Source: Thermodesulfobacteriota bacterium | Lineage (GTDB): Bacteria > Desulfobacterota > Desulfarculia > JACQYL01 | Length of the DNA: 64,000 nt | Assembly: GCA_963675595.2 (NCBI GenBank) | Contig: CAXXLZ010000002.1 | Coordinates: 2,592,001-2,656,000 of the forward strand | Direction: 5' to 3' | Shown here: in pieces, positions 20,901 to 28,891 of the stretch | Position numbering within the stretch: position 1 is the first letter of the stretch | How the letters are laid out: each line of letters starts with the position of its first letter | Notes under the pieces: generated by a model | The model's database searches: none | What the model saw: only the letters and a program-made list of their open reading frames with translations | What the model was told of the DNA's origin: nothing | Position numbers and translations under genes: made by a program

Positions 20901-23552
20901 CGATCGACGGGAATAAAGGTCGAAAGCTCGTGCGTACCGACCCAGCAGGAAATGGATGTTTCCCATGTTCAAGAGCAGATGGGCCCGGTTCTCCGGATTA
21001 AACCGAGGGTTGTTCAGAAAGTAGGCTTTTTGGTAGGATTCCAGAGCCTTTTCCAAAAAGTCGGGTCGATGATAGACGGTTTCGAGCACCTCGTATACAT
21101 ATCCAAGGGTCTGGTGGAAAAATTCGATTTGACCCTGTTGCCGGATGCAGGATTCAAGCAGGCTTTGTGCTTCCTCCAACGCGGGCTCGGTATCGAGATA
21201 GGTGAGGCACAACCCTGCGGCGTATCTCGCCGTCACGTCGTTGGGTCGTTCCTTCACGCGTTTCCGGTATTCTTCGAGTACCGAAGTGATTTCTCCCTGA
21301 GCGGCCGCGCACTTGACATACCCTCGGTGCGCCTCCACCAAGTCCCATTCCTCCCGAATGAGATTCCGAAACATGGATCGGGCGGAGGGAACCTCTCCCA
21401 GGCGATACAGAAATTCCGCCGCGGCAACGGACTTCCGGATGTAGCCCTCGCGAGCCAATCGATAGACATAATCTTCATAGGGCCTGATCGATATTTCTTT
21501 TTCATAAAGGTCCAATGCCCGGCGAAAGCGCTCTTCGCGGTATAAAATCTCGGCCAGGGCCAGTCTCGCGGCCGCAGTCTGATTGCCGTACGGGAGAAAA
21601 TAATCCAGTACGTTGCGATAGGCTTCCTTGGCTTTCGACCATTCGTCGGCGGCGTAATACAGGTCGCCGATCCGATTCCAGGCCCCCATGGCCAGACCAG
21701 GAAGGGAACCCCTGTATTGGTCGGCAATCCCGGAGAGTTGGGATACACGATCTTCCAGTGAAGCCTCGGGCCGTTCCGATATCGCCATGTCCAGAATCCT
21801 CTCGATGGCGGCATCGGACCACTTCCACACGGCCGAATATTTCTCCACGACCTCCACATAGGCCGGGAGCACCAAATCCATGTTCCCCAAAGTGCGATAC
21901 GCGTCCGCTCGCAACACCCGAGCTTCGGCCGAGAGGTCACGTTCTCCGTTTCCTTGCCGGATCACCCAATCCAGCAACCCGACGGCCTCCGATAGACTCT
22001 CGGAGCCCGTCCCGTGTTCCATGAGCAGTACGGCCCGGTCCAAACGACTCCTGAGTGTGACCCGAAGCTCACCGGGAGTCTCCTCGGCTATGCGCGACAG
22101 GCGATCAAGCGCCGAGTTCAAACGGTTGCGCCGCTTCCCATCGGAAGAAGCGCCGGCCAAGGCTTTCCGCCCCTCGATGAGAGCGCGACCGAGGCGGCTG
22201 AGGGCCGCTTCGGGGAGGATTTCCGGGTAGGACGAAACTCCTCGGGAGAAAGCCGCGGCGGCGGCCTCCGGTTTGCCGAGGTTGAGGTAAAGATCGCCGA
22301 TGAGGTAAAGAGCCCGGGCACAAAGTGCGCGAGCCTCCGGGAACGCTTCCACCACCCGGTAATACGCCAAAACCGCGAGCAGATCGTCGGGAGGATACTT
22401 GTCCGCGATGCGGGCGGCGAGTTCCATCTGCCCGTCCGCTTCCCGCTCGGTGGGGATTTCCCCAAGTGCGGGGAGAGTCCACACGTTGCCGACGCCGCTG
22501 CGGGAAGACAGGAAATACAGTCGCCCACCCCCCACCATGGGTTGAAGCGCTTCATAAGAAGCCGAAGTAACGGGGAACACGCCGGATTCCGGCGAATGCG
22601 CCTGCGTCCTAAAAACTACCGGCGGGACTTCCCGCCCGCGTTGCGACTCGTCTAAGTCGTGCGATTCAATACGAGTGAAGTAAACGCTTTCCCCGTCCGG
22701 CGACCATTGGGGATACAAGTCTCGAGCCGGACCTTGGGTCAAAGCCTTCGAAACCCCGGTGGCAATATCCAGCAGATAGATGTCTCCGCCCGGATCTTCC
22801 CGGAAGGAGACATAAGCCACTTGATCCCCTCGGGGTGAAAAGGCGGGAAAGGAGCCGTCGCCTCCGGTTTCAAGGACTTCCGTCACCGGCCCGGGGCCTG
22901 TGAGATTCATCAGGGCCAGCTTCCGGAAACGCTCTCCGGGTCTGAGCTGATGAAACACGAGCCGTTTCCCGTCCGGAGAAAAGCTCGGCCATCCGTCTTC
23001 CGTCTCTCTTCCCGTCAGGCGACGAGGCTCGGGCGTTTGCTCGCGGGTGTCCACCAGATAGAGATCGCCCTTGACGTCATGGGCGGTGCCTGCATAAGCC
23101 ACGAGAGCGCCGTCACGAGAGACGGCCGGAGCGTACCGATCCCCGATTCCTTCATCCAGCTTGCGGGGAACCACCACCACGTCGGGATCCCCGGACCTCA
23201 ACCATAGAGAGGAAAAGTCCCGGTCGCGCTCCGTGTAAGCCATCCAACGACCGTCGGGCGTGACACAGGCGTAAGTCACCGGGTCGGGCTCGAAAGAAAG
23301 CTGCACCGGCTCGTTCACCGGGAGCCGCGGCGGCCGCACTTTCGCTTCTTTCTCGAACGGACTTCCCTCGAAATCGCTTGAAACTTCCGCAGTTGGCCGA
23401 GACCACACTTTGGATTTCAAGGACTCCCATGTGGCGCATCCCGAAAAGCACAGAAGAAGGGCGCAACAACACAGCATGGGCCAATAACCGAAGTACCGTT
23501 TGTTCTTCGGTCCCCACCCGACTGGGTCGGCGGACGGACGAAAAAGCCTCAT
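14991..23552 (-). CDS. giant (2853 aa) lipoprotein: TolB-like/PD40 beta-propeller + TPR arrays + degenerate CHAT + TPRs + C-terminal CHAT (caspase-like) protease
   Basis: Lipobox LLLCFSG-C; PD40 repeats (WPSFSPDGKRLVF, FPAFSPRGDQVAY, YPQWSPDGESVYF); many TPRs; CHAT motifs IVPHGPLHYLSF, IIHFASHG, LVVLSACRTG, STLWRV, HPGYWGAF; ATG overlaps upstream stop (ATGA). Confidence 0.92.
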   Translation of the reverse strand: MRLFRPSADPVGWGPKNKRYFGYWPMLCCCALLLCFSGCATWESLKSKVWSRPTAEVSSDFEGSPFEKEAKVRPPRLPVNEPVQLSFEPDPVTYACVTPDGRWMAYTERDRDFSSLWLRSGDPDVVVVPRKLDEGIGDRYAPAVSRDGALVAYAGTAHDVKGDLYLVDTREQTPEPRRLTGRETEDGWPSFSPDGKRLVFHQLRPGERFRKLALMNLTGPGPVTEVLETGGDGSFPAFSPRGDQVAYVSFREDPGGDIYLLDIATGVSKALTQGPARDLYPQWSPDGESVYFTRIESHDLDESQRGREVPPVVFRTQAHSPESGVFPVTSASYEALQPMVGGGRLYFLSSRSGVGNVWTLPALGEIPTEREADGQMELAARIADKYPPDDLLAVLAYYRVVEAFPEARALCARALYLIGDLYLNLGKPEAAAAAFSRGVSSYPEILPEAALSRLGRALIEGRKALAGASSDGKRRNRLNSALDRLSRIAEETPGELRVTLRSRLDRAVLLMEHGTGSESLSEAVGLLDWVIRQGNGERDLSAEARVLRADAYRTLGNMDLVLPAYVEVVEKYSAVWKWSDAAIERILDMAISERPEASLEDRVSQLSGIADQYRGSLPGLAMGAWNRIGDLYYAADEWSKAKEAYRNVLDYFLPYGNQTAAARLALAEILYREERFRRALDLYEKEISIRPYEDYVYRLAREGYIRKSVAAAEFLYRLGEVPSARSMFRNLIREEWDLVEAHRGYVKCAAAQGEITSVLEEYRKRVKERPNDVTARYAAGLCLTYLDTEPALEEAQSLLESCIRQQGQIEFFHQTLGYVYEVLETVYHRPDFLEKALESYQKAYFLNNPRFNPENRAHLLLNMGNIHFLLGRYARAFDLYSRRSQTEVPFDNADTEVLFYRRFGASAFQSGDRLKPVEAYGKALDLIDERIEPRRASELFGRIERYISDRVLIPAREEPGLKDRADGMAVKQSALNDRLFQVSRRTVPPPPDPSWEEYRRAVEGLLEEQERIIEQLPPLILDKPEETIQTLSHMAKRVREALELPKRLLELKAEMLDRLGLAYQEAGEWAAARDSFLKAFHLNRKMGREENLAKNRRSAAYCAYMEAGGMSGAAREELLKQSLEGFREVLDLLSAHGTAPPKKDTREQSALVSLTLDVALDKTGATQALYGFSEEQEKRLAETFEARIQTELGALELAEDAVRREWARYPQGKPIREEDLYGVSLLAHRAGLLAFARRRPLDAFDDFERSAEIALRLGNPVSSAVNVSNMALCLSRDFSESSKGEGRRSRLMALDRRVTMLMARFPTVLENLIPASYHNAMGVFLLNAALGAKDTDVEGRAEEAALLESAVGHFFRAETLLDSPSVARNRKALALRSVVLLNLCRGVEEFGDREKARSFAEKALESARKGLLPALEWRALLVLGRYREALEVLGKVPLFEADCGPLEVTSGFAPLIKEMLDQELSEDAFNLIERLSEIERVQRLTPLLLAGVGEEDRKLAAKSYKGLLTLRDLESALQQAPEEDREYLSTRADQERELLDLKLGKDRERLPRPAALGATEEERNRILIVMGLSAHLDQVAERAVSEGRESSEDPDLKALVETYQREIEGAARFLNEPGSKGLLAAFVPMPVEAVEVMESLPDNGVCVRWYALPGDPEPWLAFSLSPDDFQVTQWKTGGRPVSREGTLEIWAYEQPRALGLSSGTPTALNATHLVRSFRSRKPFKRNLLMIGLPESSATDELSRSLREAGYEVTTMGAGSDFPEMLDRLRESHTVILNPKTYLAVTVPTRPGVRGETFPAFELSGGVRFPLERLAGRLSNVSLMMLSLPPKGSAYAPAHLLSLMGCPTVLWSPSQGEIKSFVATFLKSYEDRSALEGYRAALAEGETVSNWFYSGYWGMEPEAAVEFGKNRFNDYVRGGVGAYRKNQFGDALADFESALDVALEVDALKNYLPDLYKYSRESAFRIDRLDKAEKYARTLATFWEGVRPDSEQHAEALLRLGLVLARAERYEEAISTLEQAAEMMENLDLGELYAEALADLGVVLENAAEYDRALKRFQDAASLSAELGKSELLARQYVGIGRILDLRLSNYARAKLNYEKAYEIYSGMGATADMAGMLLDMGRCCRLLGDFPGADERYARALNLIRDDPEEERLRARIIIEQADNAWFQGRYQEAFELQRTAHNLAREHNWALEQVIALNTSGLTWWTLGDNERALRDLEDGLERAEKLRVRKDEVATTLNNMGLVYREMGRYDEALDSLERALAIDRKLKSRWAVAYDLRNKAQTLMRIGRTDEAVPLLEEALGEASAIGNRINESKTLLVLAEALVDLGRESEAREVYGRALDAARSMALRESIWRALYGLARIELGAGRRAEARDLLAQAVDVIEGMRAEIKLDRLKDGFISNKTAVYEALVEVLVDMGLPQDAFNAAERSRARNLIDLLGNQKLSLRGADREHYDRLNALRSRIREQETLSAQANSPAEKEVFDKALQGLNDDYRDLLLEIQARNPELASLVSVAPMTLDEVRGLIAADTALLSYYVTADRVLCWVVRSGSFELVQTPLGRESLGETILGYRRMIQNLEPLEDRSREIYDLLLGKLPSLEGVRVLGIVPHGPLHYLSFAVLFNGKSYLVDRYPLFYLPSAGVLKYTLERRGAAKNTRVLAVGNPALDNPALELPFAEREVETIHWNFPDVTVLTGEKATESWIVANIGKFGIIHFASHGEFDPVNPLFSSVKLVKDLKEDGNLEAGEVFGLDINADLVVLSACRTGLGRVTKGDDVIGMNRSFLYAGTHALISTLWRVSDISTGMLIKQFYRQYTREEKSESLRKAMLHVKNRFPHPGYWGAFVLVGDYQ

Positions 23553-24136
23553 GGTTTGGCCGACCACGTTCCGTCCTCCAGTTGGATCCGCTCTCCGGGG
23601 AGAGCCGTATCTCTGTGGATTTTGGCGAAGACCTTTCTGATTTTGGGATAGTCCTCGGCCGTAAAATTCTCATTCACCTCGATGACTCGTCCCATCACCG
23701 TCTCGCGGGCCGCGTTCACTTGAGTCAGGACGGTCTCGAACTCTCCCGATTGGTAACGTGCGGCGAAGTCCTTCAAGTCTTCAGGAACATTTTCTTTTTG
23801 CAGCGGAAAAGCCGTCAGCAGGCCGTCGAGATTCTCGCCCACCCAACCCAGACGCTTGAAACGATCCACGTCGTCCGCGTGAAACGCCAGGGTCTGCATG
23901 GCTTCCTCGGCGTGTTTGTATTCCCCACTGTGCCTGGGCGGCGTCTCCACACGTCCCATGGGATCCACGCCTCGAACCGAAGAAACCAGCAAGAGATCTT
24001 TGTTCAGGGAATTGTAGGAACCCAGTACCTGGTTCTCCAGTGCGGTGCGTTCACTCACCACGTTCACATCCACCTTGGCCAACGTACAGCCGGCGGCAAA
24101 GAGCAAAAGGAGGCAAACGAATCGAAATTTCGCCAT
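23549..24136 (-). CDS. DUF1318 (YdbL-like) lipoprotein
   Basis: Lipobox FAAG-C; ERTALENQVLG; KRLGWVGENLDGLL...VNAAR...GERIQLEDGTW resembles YdbL/DUF1318. Confidence 0.75.
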   Translation of the reverse strand: MAKFRFVCLLLLFAAGCTLAKVDVNVVSERTALENQVLGSYNSLNKDLLLVSSVRGVDPMGRVETPPRHSGEYKHAEEAMQTLAFHADDVDRFKRLGWVGENLDGLLTAFPLQKENVPEDLKDFAARYQSGEFETVLTQVNAARETVMGRVIEVNENFTAEDYPKIRKVFAKIHRDTALPGERIQLEDGTWSAKP

Positions 24137-24206
24137 GTGGGCCTCTTCTTTCGGTTATCTGAAATGGAACGTTATTCGGCCGGCATTTCGGGTTCGCCGA
24201 AAGCTC

Positions 24207-27200
24207 TCAGGACCTCGATTGCACAAACCGAAGTCCTTCTTTCGGATCAACCCGAATCCCATCGGCTGAAAGAATGCGAAGAGCCTCATTCAAGGTTCCA
24301 AAGGCCGCCGCCTGTGTCGCGAATTTGTCCATTCCGGGCAGAGCGGCCAAGTTCAAGCGGTCGATCTTGGGAAGTTCCACCAAAGCGCCCTTCACTTCCA
24401 CCTCACCCCTGAGGGACAGGGCGCCGTGTGCGACTTCCATCCGAATCCATCGAGGAGAACCCAGCCGGAGCAGGGCGCGCTGTTTGACCATGGTTTCATT
24501 GCTCTCATAAGGGTCCAGGCCGTAGAGAAACCGCTCAAGGGTGCGGGAACCGATATGAGAAAGGTGTATCGTGATCTGAAGATTTTCGATCAACCGTTCC
24601 GTTTCCTGGAGCAAAGGGGCCTCCAGAAACAACTCACCGGACATTTCGGCTTCTTCGTCCGGAATATCCAAAGCCTCTCCGGCCACAAGTTTCTTGGCGT
24701 TAATGCCGGAAAAAGCCGCCCGAGCATCGAACACGAAGACTTCGTTTCGTTTGGATACCCCCAAAGACCCCGCCAGAGTCCCTCCAAGGAGTTCCAGCTG
24801 AAAAAACTCCACCTCGGGCAGACCGTTATTCAAAGAGAGGTCCATCTCGTGATGGGCGAGGGAAAGGTCCAATCCTCCGGCGGACAGGTTCAGCATCTCG
24901 AAAGCCAGAGACCGGTCGGATCGGAATCGGCCCCGGAGGTCCGCAGCGGGACGTGTCGACAGAACGTCCTCCCGCGCGTCCCCCTTCGAGTCCGCCGGTG
25001 GTTGGAGTACTTCACTCGAAAGCGACGCCTGAAAATTGTTCTCGGAGGTTCCCTCAGGAGGCTTCCGAACTCCCAACAGCTTGTATCTTTTTTCGAGCGA
25101 TACGTGACTCTCCAAACCGACGACCCGCAAAGAAGGGTCGACCTCGAGGTTCAGGTCGGGACCGGTTAGATGGATACGAGCCACGGCTTCTTCCCGCTCG
25201 GGATGTGAGGAAAGGTCCAGCCCCCCCTCCACCGTGCCGCTCATGCGGATATTCTTCAACGGCGCCATAGGACCCGGCCCTCCCGCCAATCGAAGAGAAG
25301 CGCCCAAATCCAAAGCCGGGAAACGCAAGGCGGAAGCGACAAGCCCCTCCTCGCGGTGATGGATCCAATCCAGGATATTGTCTAAAAAGACCTTGAATTC
25401 CTGGGTCAGGTTAAACTGATCCAGTCTCAAGGACTCTTCAAAGCGAAGAGTATTCAGTCCGTCCAAAGCGGCGTCGAGAGAAAGAAGGGCTTCAAGAGGC
25501 GGTTCGAGCTTCCCGATGGAAGGAACCTCCAGCAGACGTCCCATGCGTACTTTTCCTCGTAGTCGCACCTGTTCGGGCTTTCCCGCCACGAACAGAACAA
25601 TGGGCGCCGCCGTTTCCATCCCTTCCAGTCGAAACCGACCTTGCGAGGAAGACAGGTCGAAACCGACGTCCGACACATTGACGGAAGCGTCCAATCTCTC
25701 CAAAAACTCCCCCGCGTGCACCGACTTTCCCTGCGCCGTGAGTCGCGTTTTCAATGCCTGCACTTCGTTCGTTCCGGGCACTCGACCTTTAAAATCCCAG
25801 TCTATCCCCACCTTGCCGGCGGCCGTGATTCGCCGTTCGGAAGCCGGTTGCACGAGAGAAAGGACGCGCCCCACGTCGAGATTCAGGCCGCCGCGAAGGT
25901 TGAGACCTCCCAGGCCCAGGTCGGACGCCGCTGCGTCGAGGGAAAGGTCTGCGCCGGGGTCCACTTTGAGCCGTACCTTCAATCGCGGCACGTCGATGCG
26001 AAAGGGAGGCGGTCCCGTCACTTTAAACTCCGCCTCAGGCAGTTCCAGGTTCAAGCCCGCTTGCACGGAACTTTCCACTTCACTTGTCACGGACCGGGCG
26101 TCCGTCTTGAACCGGTCCAACACGACGGACAGCACAGGCCCTTCTTCCAGGACACACCGCCCTTTCAGGGAATGGGCCAAGCCGGCGACTTGAACCTGTG
26201 AAGGAGTGAACAGATTCTTCACGGATAGGGATTCCTCAAAATCAACGGTACCGGAAATCCCGAAAAGCGATGCGGGGGTTCGGTTCAGTTCTGCGACTGT
26301 AACCCGCAAGGGGTCCAGATGAGAGTCATTCAAGCGCACCGGGCGATCGCCCGCCATCCCCAGGCTTTCTGCGTCGAACCCCGCTTCGACGAAGACTTTT
26401 TGGGGAAACTGGGAATTGAGAACCGTTTCGGCACGAATCACCCGAAGGACCGCCTCTCGAACCTGAATGGACCCCGCCGGCATGCGGAAATCCAGAAAAG
26501 GCAGGGTCATCACAACGCCTTCAACTCCGAGGCGTCCCGCCCCATCGGGGACTTCTCCGACAAAGTCCATTTTTTCGATCCAAAGGGTGGTAGAGGCGGA
26601 ATCGGTCACTCCTTTGGGGGAGAGCGACAAGGCATCCGGGGCAAAGTCTTTTGCCAAGACTAGAAGTTCTCCCAAATCCAGTTCAGCGGGTCCCACGTGG
26701 AGGTTGAGGACATTTTTCCCCTGTTCGGTCTTTCGGAAATCGCCCTGCCATTTGATCCGATTTCCTTGCATGAGATGCGCCTCCCCCACTTTCATTTCAA
26801 CGAGGGAGTCATCCAGCCCGACCGAACCCGCTTGCGTCACCGTAAGATCGAGCGGTCCCAAACGCCCGTCTCCCAGCGGCCCCCCTTCAGCGGAAAGTCT
26901 CCGCACGTCCAGGTTCGCCGAAAAATCAACGCCTCGCTCCTTCTCCCTGAAAACTCCTTGGACTCGTAAGGCAATCGTGCCGGAGGTTTCAGGAAAGACA
27001 GCGGGAAAGAATGGTCGGACGGTTTCCGTCAGGGGAGTCAAATCCAGGTGCATGTCGGCTTCCATTCTGGAAGCCTCCAACGCGCCGTCCACCTTGACCG
27101 TGATCCCGGGCAACGTTGCGTCCAGGCGTACACTCGCCCGGGACGGAACAATGCGTCCCCGGCCATCGATCAGGTCCCCCAACACCGCTTCCATTCGGAC

Positions 27201-27890
27201 AGGGGGCAAATCACGGCCGTCCATGGAATGATCGGCCTCGAAGCGGAATGTAACGGGCTTCGTCCGGAGTGAAGGGATGTCCAGTAACATGGACGCCGGG
27301 GACATGGAGTAGGCATGTCCCGAGGCACGGTCCTCGGCCTTCAGTGAGAGGTCCTCCATGTTGACATGCGCCTCCAGGTCCTCCACGGGGAGAGAGAAGG
27401 CCGCCCCGTCCCGCCCTTTCGTGGGGGCCGAGGATTCCGATTCCTCCTCGGACGCGAACCGAGCCAACAGGGCATCCAGGTTGGACCTGCCGGTCTTGTC
27501 TCGTACCCAATTCGCGTTCAGCCCGCTCGCGCTCATGTTCAGGAACACAACCGGATGCAGAAAGGAGTCGACGGAAGGATCCAGGCGAAGGCTCCGAAGT
27601 TGCAGCAGCGGTTCGTCTCCGAAACTCGGATCTTCCGCGATGGAAATCCCCTGAAGAAGAATCCCTTGGGACCAGCTCCAATGAAGCCCTTCCACGCCAA
27701 CCCCGCGCCCCATCGTATCCGTCAAATACTCCGTGAGTCGCGTCCGGAACCAATCCGTTGAAACGGCGGAAGGAAGAAAGGCGACGCAGATCGCGGCCAA
27801 GACCAACAGGACGAACAAGGCCACGACCGCCCTGAGCGGCCATTTCCAAGGAAAGCGGAATTTGGTTGATGCCGAACCCGTTTCGCTCAT
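24207..27890 (-). CDS. AsmA-like / YdbH-like bridge protein (1227 aa)
   Basis: Single N-terminal TM anchor; AsmA_N-like start (LTDTMGRGVGVEGLHWSWSQGILLQGISI...GRSNLDALL); long beta-rich body; C-terminal LELLGG motif; directly upstream of a DUF1318 gene as in ydbH-ynbE-ydbL; SD GAGGGGG before ATG 27890. Confidence 0.75.
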   Translation of the reverse strand: MSETGSASTKFRFPWKWPLRAVVALFVLLVLAAICVAFLPSAVSTDWFRTRLTEYLTDTMGRGVGVEGLHWSWSQGILLQGISIAEDPSFGDEPLLQLRSLRLDPSVDSFLHPVVFLNMSASGLNANWVRDKTGRSNLDALLARFASEEESESSAPTKGRDGAAFSLPVEDLEAHVNMEDLSLKAEDRASGHAYSMSPASMLLDIPSLRTKPVTFRFEADHSMDGRDLPPVRMEAVLGDLIDGRGRIVPSRASVRLDATLPGITVKVDGALEASRMEADMHLDLTPLTETVRPFFPAVFPETSGTIALRVQGVFREKERGVDFSANLDVRRLSAEGGPLGDGRLGPLDLTVTQAGSVGLDDSLVEMKVGEAHLMQGNRIKWQGDFRKTEQGKNVLNLHVGPAELDLGELLVLAKDFAPDALSLSPKGVTDSASTTLWIEKMDFVGEVPDGAGRLGVEGVVMTLPFLDFRMPAGSIQVREAVLRVIRAETVLNSQFPQKVFVEAGFDAESLGMAGDRPVRLNDSHLDPLRVTVAELNRTPASLFGISGTVDFEESLSVKNLFTPSQVQVAGLAHSLKGRCVLEEGPVLSVVLDRFKTDARSVTSEVESSVQAGLNLELPEAEFKVTGPPPFRIDVPRLKVRLKVDPGADLSLDAAASDLGLGGLNLRGGLNLDVGRVLSLVQPASERRITAAGKVGIDWDFKGRVPGTNEVQALKTRLTAQGKSVHAGEFLERLDASVNVSDVGFDLSSSQGRFRLEGMETAAPIVLFVAGKPEQVRLRGKVRMGRLLEVPSIGKLEPPLEALLSLDAALDGLNTLRFEESLRLDQFNLTQEFKVFLDNILDWIHHREEGLVASALRFPALDLGASLRLAGGPGPMAPLKNIRMSGTVEGGLDLSSHPEREEAVARIHLTGPDLNLEVDPSLRVVGLESHVSLEKRYKLLGVRKPPEGTSENNFQASLSSEVLQPPADSKGDAREDVLSTRPAADLRGRFRSDRSLAFEMLNLSAGGLDLSLAHHEMDLSLNNGLPEVEFFQLELLGGTLAGSLGVSKRNEVFVFDARAAFSGINAKKLVAGEALDIPDEEAEMSGELFLEAPLLQETERLIENLQITIHLSHIGSRTLERFLYGLDPYESNETMVKQRALLRLGSPRWIRMEVAHGALSLRGEVEVKGALVELPKIDRLNLAALPGMDKFATQAAAFGTLNEALRILSADGIRVDPKEGLRFVQSRS

Positions 27891-28235
27891 ACGCCCCCTC
27901 GATTGTTGAATTTTTATTTTCTCATAACGCCCCGAATTCCGCAACAGAGGGGCCGGAAGCGACAAACCGGAATCAGCTATTCCGCTTTTCGCCAGAGGAG
28001 AACCGAGGGATCCGATTCGTTCCACTCCGCCCACGAGTACGCCGAACTCATGCTTTTTACGCCGGCCGGCGCATTGCTCATCGGGAACATCCGGGCCGGG
28101 ATCGGAACCATGAATTCCGAAAACCACTCCCCACATCTCGAAAACCAATGAATTTTCAACAAATTATCTCTAAGGCGCATTTTTTGAAAGGAGCCAATCC
28201 TCGAACGACACCTTCCTCACCACGGGAGACCCATC

Positions 28236-28601
28236 ATGAACTGGAAGTTTTGGCAAAAACGGATGACGGACGCGACGCCGCATGAAAAACCACGCAAGCT
28301 GCCCAAGCCCAAGGAGCTCCATTCATCCGTGGGGCGGTATTTGGTGGTGGAACTGGGTAAGGATCCGGACTGGGTTTGGTCGTTGAAATCAGTGACCCGG
28401 CCAAAGGAAGGGGAGAAGGGCGCCCTTGAGCTGAGAATCTTCGACGAAGCCCATGCCCGGCTTCGGGGAGTGAGCGTTCAGAATTACGAATCTCTGAATG
28501 CCCATTCCGATCTGATTCTGTTCACGGGATGGTACAACAAGATTTCCTTTGAAGTCTCGATTGAGGAGAAGAAGCCGGAACCGACCCCCAGGGCCGCCTG
28601 A
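28236..28601 (+). CDS. hypothetical protein (121 aa)
   Basis: SD GGGAGA then MNWKFWQK...KLPKPKEL..VGRYLVV...DPDWVW; coding-like composition; function unknown. Confidence 0.8.
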   Translation: MNWKFWQKRMTDATPHEKPRKLPKPKELHSSVGRYLVVELGKDPDWVWSLKSVTRPKEGEKGALELRIFDEAHARLRGVSVQNYESLNAHSDLILFTGWYNKISFEVSIEEKKPEPTPRAA

Positions 28602-28891
28602 ATCTCAAGCGCGCGCGTCTCGTTTTGGCTCTTTTGAGACCCGCCCCAATAATGAAATTCCGCCCCCCAACAGAGAACGATTCCATTCGGCTCTCATCGC
28701 GATTTCATGCTCTCCGCCCGTTGCGAAACTCCGCAAATTTCAGTACCCTTCAGAATTTAATTCGTATATAAGTCCAGCCCAAAAAAACTTAGGGAAAGCT
28801 CTTTGCCGAAGGAGTCTTCCGACGCCCCCGACTCCTGTGTCTATAATGGAGCCTTTGTCTAAAACCGGGACACAAAACCGCCGAGCCTGCC

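Noticed and set aside
14991-23552. CRISPR type III-E (Craspase) association of the TPR-CHAT gene
   Set aside because: No CRISPR repeats or cas genes in the window, and the protein appears to be an exported lipoprotein
28790-28808. GG-N10-GC (GGGAAAGCTCTTTGC) upstream of the second NtrC-type gene
   Set aside because: -24 element too far from TGGCAC to call with confidence
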